In this document: positions 17,904 to 26,833 of the stretch, one piece after another
Position numbering within the stretch: the first letter of the stretch is position 1
Layout of the letters: the number at the start of each line of letters is the position of its first letter
Source: an uncultured bacterium
GTDB lineage: Bacteria; Verrucomicrobiota; Verrucomicrobiia; Verrucomicrobiales; Akkermansiaceae
Direction of reading: 5' to 3'
NCBI GenBank assembly: GCA_945831585.1
Contig: CAMACY010000004.1
Location: 2,830 to 66,829, forward strand
Length of the DNA: 64,000 nucleotides
Translations under genes and position numbers: made by a program
The notes under the pieces: model-generated
The model's database searches: none
Seen by the model: only the letters and a program-made list of their open reading frames with translations
Told to the model about the DNA's origin: nothing

Positions 17904-18353
17904 ATGGCCACGCTAACCTTTGAAGTTTTCAGCCGCTTCCAGTCCGCGACGGACGCGAACAAGCTGCTCTACACCCCCATCCCCGACCAACTGACCTACA
18001 ACCACACCCGACTCTACACCGCCGAGGTGGAGGGCGACACGGAGGCAGCGCGCGCCTATCTGCGCAGCGTGGTGGTCGAGCCCATCTCCCAGCGCGTGCA
18101 AGAGGACGGCACCCCCGCCCTGAGCGGCGAGCTCTTCTGCATCTCCTACGGCATCAAGAAGGGGGCGCTCGACCTGGAGAAGGAAGCCATCCTGACCAAT
18201 TACCGCGGGCGCAAGGGGCTGCCCTTCACCCTCACCGCGCTCACCATCACCCAAAACATCTACATCTTCGGCAGCGGGGACAAGCAGGCCTTGGCCGCCC
18301 GCTTCTGCAACGATGTCTGCAACCCCGCCATCCACACCTACAGCGTCCGCTGA
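17904..18353 (+). CDS. Probable PurS-like subunit with two PurS-like halves
   Basis: 149 aa between purC and purL. The C-terminal 'VCNPAIHTYSV' resembles PurS NPVIE-Y, and 'VVEPISQ' mid-protein may be a second copy. Inference from motif and context. Confidence 0.5.
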   Translation: MATLTFEVFSRFQSATDANKLLYTPIPDQLTYNHTRLYTAEVEGDTEAARAYLRSVVVEPISQRVQEDGTPALSGELFCISYGIKKGALDLEKEAILTNYRGRKGLPFTLTALTITQNIYIFGSGDKQALAARFCNDVCNPAIHTYSVR

Positions 18354-18383
18354 GCCGCTGCAACCCCCTTTTTCCCCTTCCCC

Positions 18384-20777
18384 ATGGCCACCTACCGAAC
18401 CATCCCCGTGCGCGCGCTGAGCGAGGCCGAACTCACGCAGCTGAGCCGCGACATGAAGCTCTCCCTCTCCACGGAAGACATGCTCGTGGTGCAGCAGATT
18501 TTCCGCGAAATCGACCGCGAGCCCACCGATGTGGAGCTCGAGGTCATCGCCCAGACCTGGTCCGAGCACTGCAAGCACCGCATCTTCGCCGCCACCATTG
18601 AGCACACGGTCGGCGGCAAGACGGAGGAAATCCGCAGCATGTACAAGACCTTCATCAAGAGCCCGACCAAGGAAATCATGGCGCGCAAGCCCGGCTTTGT
18701 GCTCAGCTGCTTTGTGGACAACGCGGGCTTCATCACGCTGGACGACAAGCTCTCCGTCTGCCTGAAGGCCGAGACGCACAACCACCCGAGCGCCATTGAG
18801 CCCTACGCCGGAGCCAACACGGGGCTGGGCGGCGTCATCCGCGACATTTTGGGCGCGGGCAAGGGCGCCAAGCCCATCGCCAACCTCGACGTCTTCTGCT
18901 TCGGCGCGCCCGACACCCCCGCTGAGATGGTGGAGGGGCACAACATCATCCACCCGCTGGGCATCATGCGCGGCGTGGTGCACGGCGTGCGCGACTACGG
19001 CAACCGCATGGGCATCCCCACCGTGAGCGGCGCCATCCAGTTCGACCCCACCTACATCTACAACCCGCTGGTGTACTGCGGCACGGCCGGTGTCATCCCC
19101 CAAAGCGACATCGCCAAGGAGATGAGCCCGGGGCTGGCGGTGGTTGTCATCGGCGGGCGCACGGGTAAGGACGGCCTGCACGGCGCCACCTTCTCCTCCG
19201 CCGCCATGGGCGAGGCCTCCGCCACCGAAGATCAGCAGGCGGTGCAAATCGGCAACCCCATCGAGGAGAAAAAGACCCTCGACGTGATTCTCGAGGCGCG
19301 CGAGCGCGGCTTGATTGAGTTTGTCACGGACTGCGGCGCGGGCGGCTTTTCGTCTGCCGCAGGCGAGATGCTCTCCGAGACGGGCGGCAACCTCTACCTG
19401 GAGCGCGCCCCGCTCAAGGAGACGCACATGCAGAGCTGGCAGATTTTCCTCTCCGAATCGCAGGAGCGCATGGTGCTGGCTGTCAAGCCCGAGAACCTGC
19501 CCGAGCTGCAGAAGCTGGCCGACACCTTCCAGACGGAGATGACCGTGCTGGGCGAGAGCAACGACAGCGGCGTGCTGCGCGTGTGGCACAACGGCGAGCT
19601 CGTCTGCGAGCTGGACAACAGCAAACTGCACGATGCACCCACCAAGCAGCTGCGCTCGGTCTTCGGCAGCGTGCCCACGGGCACGGGCTACGCGACCGAT
19701 GACAGCGACCTCACCGGAGACCTGAAACAACTCTTCCGCGACTTCGCCATCGTCTCCCGCGAGCCCATCATCCGCGAGTACGACCACGAGGTGCAGGGCA
19801 ACACGGTGCTCAAGCCGCTGGCGGGTGCCACGGCCGACGCACCGCAGGACGCCGCCGTCATCGACATCGACGGCAGCGACAAGCTCATGTCGCTGGCGCT
19901 GGCCATCCTGCCCGAGTGGGGCAAAACCGACCCCCACGCCATGGGCACGGGCACGGTGGACGAGACGGTGCGCCAGCTGGTGCTGGCCGGCACCAACCCC
20001 GACAAGATTGCCCTGCTGGACAACTTCTGCATGGGCAACCCCGAGTGCCCCACCGAGCTGGGACGTATCGTGGAATGCGCCAAGGGCATCCGCGAGGCGG
20101 CGCTCGCCTACGGCGCGCCCTACGTCTCCGGCAAGGACTCCTTCTACAACTACTTCGAGACAGAGGAGGGCCCCGTCAACATCCCCGTCACCTTCCTCTG
20201 CTCCGGCTTCGGCGTGGTGGAGGATGCCGAGCATGTGCGCGGTGCCTCGCTGCGCCGCAGCAACAGCGTGCTCTTCCTCGTGGGCAACACGGAGGACGAG
20301 CTCGGCGGCAGCGTCTACGCCCGCCTGAAGGGCATCTCCGGCGCCCGCGTGCCGCAGACGGACTGCGCCGCGAACTTCGCCGTCTACAAGCAGTACTACG
20401 AGCAGGCGCTCACCAAGGGGCTGGTGCTCTCCGCCCACGACCTCTCCGAGGGCGGTCTGGCCGTGGCGGCGGCGGAGATGGCATTCTCCGGCAAGGGCGG
20501 TATCACGCTTGACCTAGATGCCCTGCCCAGCGTCGGCTCGTGGAAGAGCTTGGCGGTGCCCTGCTTCGGCGAGAGCACCGGGCGTTTCCTGGTAGAGGTC
20601 GATGCCGACCTGGCGGGCGAGTTCGAGCAGGCCATGGCGGGCACGCCCTGCGCCCGCGTGGGGCAGGCCACCGACGACGGGCTGCTGACGCTGTGCGCCG
20701 GCGGCAAGGTCGTGTTGCAGGCTCCCGTCGCTGAGCTGAAGAGCCTGTGGAAGAACGGGCTGACCGCTTTCTATTGA
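18384..20777 (+). CDS. purL: FGAM synthase, synthetase subunit
   Basis: QTWSEHCKHRIF, ETHNHPSAIEPYAGANTGLGGVIRD, DCGAGG, SESQERM, SGKDSFYN, HDLSEGG. Confidence 0.95.
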   Translation: MATYRTIPVRALSEAELTQLSRDMKLSLSTEDMLVVQQIFREIDREPTDVELEVIAQTWSEHCKHRIFAATIEHTVGGKTEEIRSMYKTFIKSPTKEIMARKPGFVLSCFVDNAGFITLDDKLSVCLKAETHNHPSAIEPYAGANTGLGGVIRDILGAGKGAKPIANLDVFCFGAPDTPAEMVEGHNIIHPLGIMRGVVHGVRDYGNRMGIPTVSGAIQFDPTYIYNPLVYCGTAGVIPQSDIAKEMSPGLAVVVIGGRTGKDGLHGATFSSAAMGEASATEDQQAVQIGNPIEEKKTLDVILEARERGLIEFVTDCGAGGFSSAAGEMLSETGGNLYLERAPLKETHMQSWQIFLSESQERMVLAVKPENLPELQKLADTFQTEMTVLGESNDSGVLRVWHNGELVCELDNSKLHDAPTKQLRSVFGSVPTGTGYATDDSDLTGDLKQLFRDFAIVSREPIIREYDHEVQGNTVLKPLAGATADAPQDAAVIDIDGSDKLMSLALAILPEWGKTDPHAMGTGTVDETVRQLVLAGTNPDKIALLDNFCMGNPECPTELGRIVECAKGIREAALAYGAPYVSGKDSFYNYFETEEGPVNIPVTFLCSGFGVVEDAEHVRGASLRRSNSVLFLVGNTEDELGGSVYARLKGISGARVPQTDCAANFAVYKQYYEQALTKGLVLSAHDLSEGGLAVAAAEMAFSGKGGITLDLDALPSVGSWKSLAVPCFGESTGRFLVEVDADLAGEFEQAMAGTPCARVGQATDDGLLTLCAGGKVVLQAPVAELKSLWKNGLTAFY

Positions 20778-20880
20778 TTCACCCCCACCCCCTTTTCACC
20801 CATTTCCGCACCCAAGGGCGGGCACAGACGCTCAAGCGCACCATCCCGCCCGAATGTCAGCACACACCCACTCACCAAAC

Positions 20881-21594
20881 ATGCCTCACGCACTTCTCCT
20901 CAAATACCCCGGCACCAACTGCGATGTCGAAACCGCGCGCGCGCTCAACGCCGCCGGTTTCTCCACGCAGGTGCAACCCATCGCCACCGCCACCCCCGAG
21001 CATGTCCGCAAGGCGCAGCTCGTGGTCTTCTCCGGTGGCTTCTCCTACGGCGACTATGTGATGAGCGGCCGCCTGGCGCAGCTGGAAACGGAGCGCTTCC
21101 TGGGCGATGCTCTGCTGCGCCACCACGCGGCGGGCGGCTTCCTCTTCGGCATCTGCAACGGCTTCCAAATCCTCACCAAGCTGGGCATTCTACCCAAGGC
21201 CAGCCTCATCTGGAACAAGAGCGAACGCTTTGAATGCATGTGGGACAAGCTGGTCAAGGAGCCGCTGGCCAAGGCGAGCCCCTTCACCCAATACCTGCCC
21301 GCTGAGTTTGAGCTGCCCTCCGCGCACGCCGAGGGGCGCCTCGTCTGCGAGCCCGGCGATGCGGAGAAATACCTGGCCGAGGGCTGCGTGACCCTGCGCT
21401 ACGCCGACAACCACAACGGCAGCGAGCTGCGCATCGCCGGTCTGCAGGATCCCACAGGGCGCGCCATGGGGCTCATGCCCCACCCCGAGCGCTTCCTCAA
21501 ACCCCGCCACCACTACGACCCCGACTGGAGCGGCGATCCCGACTGGGGCTGGGGCTACTACTTCTTCAAGGGAGCCTACGACGCGCTCAAGTGA
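20881..21594 (+). CDS. purQ: FGAM synthase, glutaminase subunit
   Basis: PGTNCD, GGFSYGDY, GICNGFQIL, AHAEG, GLMPHPER. Confidence 0.95.
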   Translation: MPHALLLKYPGTNCDVETARALNAAGFSTQVQPIATATPEHVRKAQLVVFSGGFSYGDYVMSGRLAQLETERFLGDALLRHHAAGGFLFGICNGFQILTKLGILPKASLIWNKSERFECMWDKLVKEPLAKASPFTQYLPAEFELPSAHAEGRLVCEPGDAEKYLAEGCVTLRYADNHNGSELRIAGLQDPTGRAMGLMPHPERFLKPRHHYDPDWSGDPDWGWGYYFFKGAYDALK

Positions 21595-21622
21595 GTTTTC
21601 CCCCGACGCGCCCTCCCCTATC

Positions 21623-22690
21623 ATGAACCGCATCATCCTGGCCGACATCCGTAGCACCAACACCGACGGCCGCTCCGTGGGGCACGGACCGGCCGTGGCG
21701 CGCAACTACGCCGCGCTGTATGCCGATGAGCCCCGTTTTTATGTCGCAGGCGGTCCGGTCTACCGCACGGCAGGGCTGCCCCGCCTGCTGCGCCTCCCCT
21801 TTGACGTCCGCAGCAGCGACAGCCGCCTCCTCACCGGCTTCAAGAGCCTCATCAACGGGCTCTTCCTCCTGTGCCGCTCGCGGGGTGATACGATCATCTT
21901 CCAAAGCTACTCGGTAGCCATCATCATCTGCCTGCTGGCGCTGCGCCGCTGGAACTGCCGCATTCTCCTGATTCAGTACCACTACCAAATCACGCAATCA
22001 CGCCTCCTGCGCCTCCTCTACCGCCGGGCACAGCGGCATCTGGACGGGGTCATCTGCCCCTTGCCGGACATCGGGCGAACGCTGGAGCGCCCCTACCTTG
22101 TCGTTCCCGACTACCTCTACTTTGCGCGTCCCTCCCCCGCCTGTCCCAAGCGGGTCGATTTCGGCATCTACGGGATTCTGACCCACGGCAAGGGCATCAC
22201 CGATGTGGCTCGCAGCTTTGTCGGCACCCCCTTTCATCTCGCCATCGCCGGACGCCCCTCCGAAGTCCTCCCCGAGGATCGAGCCGCGATGCAGGAACTG
22301 CGCGAGCTCTGCCGCAACGCTCCCAACATCACGCTGGCCGAGGGTTACATGAGCGATGAAGAATACGAACGGCGGCTCAGCGAAACCAAGTACATTATCC
22401 TCAACTACCGGGAAAACTACGAGGATCGCAGCAGCGGCTGCATTCTGGACGCTCTCTACCACCGCTGCCCCGTCATTGCCCACCGACTCCGCTCCACCGC
22501 CTTTGTCGGGGAGGAGGGCATCGGGCTCCTCATCGACAGGGCGGAAGAGCTCACGCCCGCCTGCCTGCAGCACCTCCTGCAACCGGAGGTCTATGCCGCC
22601 TACGGGGAAGCACTGGAGCGTTTTCTGGCAGCTGCTCAGGAGCAACACCGCGCACTGCGCGACTTCATCTGCCCGCCTTGCAGGGGCTAG
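21623..22690 (+). CDS. Glycosyltransferase (GT-B/GT4-like)
   Basis: C-terminal GT-B features 'GILTHGKG', 'YEDRSSGCILDALYHRCPVI'. Confidence 0.65.
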   Translation: MNRIILADIRSTNTDGRSVGHGPAVARNYAALYADEPRFYVAGGPVYRTAGLPRLLRLPFDVRSSDSRLLTGFKSLINGLFLLCRSRGDTIIFQSYSVAIIICLLALRRWNCRILLIQYHYQITQSRLLRLLYRRAQRHLDGVICPLPDIGRTLERPYLVVPDYLYFARPSPACPKRVDFGIYGILTHGKGITDVARSFVGTPFHLAIAGRPSEVLPEDRAAMQELRELCRNAPNITLAEGYMSDEEYERRLSETKYIILNYRENYEDRSSGCILDALYHRCPVIAHRLRSTAFVGEEGIGLLIDRAEELTPACLQHLLQPEVYAAYGEALERFLAAAQEQHRALRDFICPPCRG

Positions 22691-22697
22691 CCCCCTC

Positions 22698-23717
22698 TCA
22701 GGTCAGTCTCTGCAAAAAGCGCTGCGCCTGCCCCCGGAGGGTGCGTACCGCTGTTTTCCAATCGCCGTATCGGCATTGCAGCAGAAAACTCTCCAGACAA
22801 CGGAACGTCTTGATAACCGGGTGATCCACCGCACACATGCGTTTCACGCGTTTGGAAAAGGGCGGATAATTTTCCACCCGCTGCGGGTGCTTCAGATGCG
22901 CCACGTCGAGCTCATACGAGCTCAGGGTCGCCAAACGCCTATCCGCCCGAGCCATCATGTGTAATTCACTCTGATAATGCGAGGAACCTCCCCCGATGCC
23001 GATATGGCGCACCATGTTACACCGGGGGTAGATCGTCAAACCACGGTGCACATGCTGGTGAGCAATCAGAATGCACTCAAAACTCAATCCGCCGCTTTTT
23101 TTATGACGCTCCCACGCGGACATCGACTCGCTCGGCAGATCCATGCGGCGGATATAGTCCTGCAAGGAGCGCTTCGTCTCCGCATCATCCAAGAAAGAAT
23201 ACGCGGCATCCCACTGCCGCACCACGCGCCCCCACGAGGCCCAACCCAAGGTATACGTCGCCGCCGAGAAAAAATAATCGCTGTCAATCTCCTGCGTTTT
23301 CTCCTCCAAATTCCAACCGGAAATCAACATCACCCGTTCATCGTGCTCGTAGCGGTCGAGCATCTCCTTGCAGAAAGCAAAGAAACTCCGCGCAGGCACC
23401 ACATCATCCTCCAGCACCAAACACTTATCTGCCTGCGAAAAGGCCCAACGATCGGCCAAATAGCCGGACGCATCCGGCCCATAGTTCTTCTCCTGATACA
23501 GGCGGTGCACCTTGCACTCCCAATCAATCTGCTCCACCACAGCGCGGCAGGCTTCCAGTTTGGCCGCATCTTCCGGATGGTCGCTCCTCGGGCCGTCCTG
23601 ATAGAGGAACAACTCGCTCGGGCGTGCCTCACGAATGCGCGCAAACACCTTTTCCAAGGTATCCTTGCGTGTAAAAAAAACCAGCAGAACCGCCAGATCA
23701 ATCGATGAGGGCAACAT
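22698..23717 (-). CDS. Glycosyltransferase (GT-A-like, 'HlpA-like' family)
   Basis: LLVFFTR, LFLYQDGPR, LVLEDDVVP, LGWASWGR. Start reassigned to ATG 23717; promoter TTGACA-17-TACACT at 23778-23806 on the minus strand. Confidence 0.7.
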   Translation of the reverse strand: MLPSSIDLAVLLVFFTRKDTLEKVFARIREARPSELFLYQDGPRSDHPEDAAKLEACRAVVEQIDWECKVHRLYQEKNYGPDASGYLADRWAFSQADKCLVLEDDVVPARSFFAFCKEMLDRYEHDERVMLISGWNLEEKTQEIDSDYFFSAATYTLGWASWGRVVRQWDAAYSFLDDAETKRSLQDYIRRMDLPSESMSAWERHKKSGGLSFECILIAHQHVHRGLTIYPRCNMVRHIGIGGGSSHYQSELHMMARADRRLATLSSYELDVAHLKHPQRVENYPPFSKRVKRMCAVDHPVIKTFRCLESFLLQCRYGDWKTAVRTLRGQAQRFLQRLT

Positions 23718-23917
23718 AACAACTCCAATAACAGCATTCACCCCCGGCCAAGCAGACCAATCCCGAGGCGCGGCAACAGTGTAGTCTCCCGCACCCTGAA
23801 TGTCAAGACCACACGGTAAGCGCTCGCGAATCCACCCCGTCGGCAGCAGCTTTTCCCTTGACAAAACCGGCGGCGCGCGCTATGAATGTGCCCGCATTAC
23901 CCCGGATTCATTAGACC

Positions 23918-24370
23918 ATGGACATTCGCGACGAAAAAACGCTCCTTCTCTTCAAGCCCGACTGCGTGCGCAAAAATCTCTCCGGCGTTATCCTGCAACG
24001 CCTGCTGGCCGAGGGCTTCCGCCTGCGCGCGCTCAAGATGATGCAGCTCGATGACGCCATCCTGCGCGAGCACTACGCGCACATCATCGACTTGGTCATC
24101 GACGGCGAGCCGCTCTTCCCCAAGCTCTCGGCCTTCATGCAGACCAGCCCCGTGGTGGCGCTCGTGCTCTCCGGCCCGGGGGTCATCACCCGCGTGCGCA
24201 GCATCCTGGGGCCCACCAACTCCCAGAAAGCCGACAAAGGCACCATCCGCGGCGACTACGGCACCAACAGCATGCTCAACATCTGCCACGCCTCCGACTC
24301 CCCCGAGAGCGCCGAGGTCGAAATCGCCCGCTTCTTCTCCCCCGAGGAAATTTTTGACAACATCAACTGA
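23918..24370 (+). CDS. ndk: Nucleoside diphosphate kinase
   Basis: TLLLFKPDCV, GPTN...GTIRGDYG, NICHASDS; promoter TTGACA-17-TATGAA at 23858-23886. Confidence 0.96.
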   Translation: MDIRDEKTLLLFKPDCVRKNLSGVILQRLLAEGFRLRALKMMQLDDAILREHYAHIIDLVIDGEPLFPKLSAFMQTSPVVALVLSGPGVITRVRSILGPTNSQKADKGTIRGDYGTNSMLNICHASDSPESAEVEIARFFSPEEIFDNIN

Positions 24371-24394
24371 GAGCCGCTGCGCTCCCCGTTCACC

Positions 24395-24428
24395 AAGCCC
24401 CGCTGTTCCCCCAAGAGCAGCGGGCTTT
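24395..24428. terminator. Bidirectional terminator between ndk and the amidase pair
   Basis: aagccc-cgctg...gcag-cgggcttt stem between convergent genes. Confidence 0.55.
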
Positions 24429-24447
24429 GTTGCGCCCGACGCGCGGC

Positions 24448-25627
24448 TCAGCGGCGCGTTTTCCGGCTCGAGCTGCCGCTGCGCTTGGGTTTCGTTTTCG
24501 GCGCCGCCTTGGCGGGCTTCTTGGGCGCCGCCTTGACCGTGGTCTTGCGCGTCGGTGTGCGGCTGCTCTTGCGGGTCGGGGCGCTCGGCTTGGCAGGCTC
24601 CACCTTGGCCGGGGCGGGCGGCGGCTCGGCAGCGGGCTTCTCCGCCGCGCGCAGGCACTGCTCCGGGTTCATCACCGCCGCAAAGCGCTCGATACCGTCC
24701 GCCAGCGCGAGCGCCAACTGCCGCTGATACTCGTCCGTGCTCAGCCGCGCGCCCTCCTCGGCATGCGTGGCATAGCCCAGCTCCACCATCGCCGCCGGAC
24801 AGCGCAGGGAGGACAGCAGGCTGTAGCGCGCGCGGCGGCAACCGCCGTCCCGAGCCCCTGCCCCGCGCACCAGCGCGGACTGCAGCGCCGCTGCCAGCGC
24901 CACATTGGCCGCATCGAACTCATTGCCCGGCAGGGCATCCGCCCCCGGCTCCGCCGGCGTCACCGTGTAGGTCTCCGCGCCGGAGACATCGCTGCGCCCG
25001 CTGTTGAGGTGCAGGCTGATGAGCAGGGGGTTGAGCGCATTGTTCGCCGTATCCACCCGCTGTTGGTCGGAGAGATAGCGATTTTCCGTGCGCGTCAGCA
25101 CCACGTGGTAGCCCCGCTTCGTCAGCTCCTGCTGCAGCATGGTCGCCACCACCAGCGCCACATCCGCCTCGCGAGCGTAGGGCGTCACCGTCCCCGTATC
25201 GTGCCCACCGTGCGCGGGATCCAGCACCACCGTCTTGACCAAGCGGCGGTTGGCAATGTAGGTCGGTCGCAGCACCGGGTCAATGAGCTTCACCGCATCC
25301 GTTTCGGACACCAGCACCCCCCGCGCCGCATCCTGCCGCACCGGGTGCGACAGGCGGCACAGCAGCCCCCCCAGCAGCAGATCGCGCGGGTCGGGACCAA
25401 AGACCAGTGACAGCACGCCGTTGCCCGCCGCCGTCACCCCCGGCTGCTGCCCCGACAGCGGCAGCAACTTGTAAAAACTCCGCAGCTCCTCCAGCGGCAC
25501 ATAGCCGTCCGACTCCGCCGCTGCCGCGCTCCACATCGCCCCGTCTGCCGTCACCGCCGAAACCGCAGGCAGCAGCCCCGGCGCGAGCAGGAGCCCCCAA
25601 CACAACATCTGCATCCCGACTCTCATG
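24448..25627 (-). CDS. N-acetylmuramoyl-L-alanine amidase (Amidase_3) with K/P/A-rich C-terminal tail
   Basis: VVLDPAHGGHD, READ, SLHLN, MVELGY zinc-ligand motifs. The start probably overlaps the upstream stop (25627 or 25615). Confidence 0.85.
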
Positions 25628-26681
25628 ACTTGCGCAACGATGGAAGATGAGACCCCGGCGCACTCGTGCGGAGGCGCCCCTTCCCCGGGGGCGGCGCGTT
25701 GAGCGCCCCGGGGCGCTTGCGGCACACGATGCAGCTATACGACACAATCCCCTGCGCCAGCGCTTCCGCCAGCAGCTCCTGATAGGCCGCGCTCGAAATC
25801 CGCCGTCCCTCCTCGGGGTTCGACACAAAGCCCCCCTCGAACAGAATCGCCGGGCGCACGATGGTGCAGAGCACCGAAAAACGCGCGCGCTGGATGCCGC
25901 GATCCACCGCCTTGGTCGCCTTGATGGTGCGGCTGTGCACCGCCGTGGCCAGCGCAATGTTCTCGCTGTCCTGATTATTGCCCGAGAGCTCCTCCGTGCG
26001 GCGCGTCCGCGCAAAAGGGCCGGTGGTGCCGTGCGGCGCCAGCGTGAAGGTCTCAATCCCCTCGGCACCCGAGCGCCCGCTGTTGTGGTGAATGCTCACG
26101 AAAATGGAATCCGGGGTCTTGTTGGCGATGGCCACGCGCTGCTGCAGGGTCAGGAAATAGTCGCCGTCGCGCGTCATCACCACCTTGAAGCCCAGCTTGA
26201 GCAACTTGGCGCGCAGGCGCTTCGCCACAGCGAGGTTGCAATCCTTTTCGCGCGCGTAGGAGCTCGTGGCGCCCGCATCGTGCCCACCGTGACCGGGATC
26301 CAGCACCACGGTGCGCAAACTGCCCGCCGAGGTCGAAAATTTCGGGCGCAGCACGGGGTCCACCAGCTTGTGGACGTCCACGGAAGAGATGTAGAGCTGC
26401 CCCGCCAGCTCCTGCACGGGGAAGGAGAGGATATAGCGGTAGCTGTTCACGTAGAAATCCTGCCGACGGGGCATCACCGACACCGTGCGGTTGCCCGCGC
26501 CATAGGCCACGCAGCCCTCGCGCCCCTTGCGCGGGGAAAAACCGTACCAGCGCCACAAATCCTTCAGCGCCACATACTCCTCGCCCCCGAATTCCGTTGT
26601 GCGAAAAGGCTCCGCCGCCCCTCCCGCCGCCGACAGCAGCAGAAGCAACACAAACAGGCAGCGGAACAGGCAGGAACTCAT
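25623..26681 (-). CDS. N-acetylmuramoyl-L-alanine amidase (Amidase_3)
   Basis: Signal peptide, VVLDPGHGGHD, REKDCNL, SIHHN, LFEGGF. Confidence 0.9.
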   Translation of the reverse strand: MSSCLFRCLFVLLLLLSAAGGAAEPFRTTEFGGEEYVALKDLWRWYGFSPRKGREGCVAYGAGNRTVSVMPRRQDFYVNSYRYILSFPVQELAGQLYISSVDVHKLVDPVLRPKFSTSAGSLRTVVLDPGHGGHDAGATSSYAREKDCNLAVAKRLRAKLLKLGFKVVMTRDGDYFLTLQQRVAIANKTPDSIFVSIHHNSGRSGAEGIETFTLAPHGTTGPFARTRRTEELSGNNQDSENIALATAVHSRTIKATKAVDRGIQRARFSVLCTIVRPAILFEGGFVSNPEEGRRISSAAYQELLAEALAQGIVSYSCIVCRKRPGALNAPPPGKGRLRTSAPGSHLPSLRKS

Positions 26682-26833
26682 GCGCGGTGCCCCCACTCTA
26701 CCACCGAGACACGCCCCCCATCAAGCGAAAAGCATGCGGCCGCGCGTCATCCCCCGCTGCTGCGGAAACAAGGCGCAACAAGGCGCCCGCACGGGACTCC
26801 GCGCGGGCGCCTGACAGAGGGTCTCGGCAGGGC

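Noticed and set aside
17913-20438. Many long antisense or alternate-frame ORFs (e.g. 17913-20438 minus, 53260-55836 plus, 31424-33280 plus, 15999-17897 minus)
   Set aside because: They shadow genes with clear family motifs and are expected in high-GC DNA, where stop codons are rare; they carry no motifs of their own.
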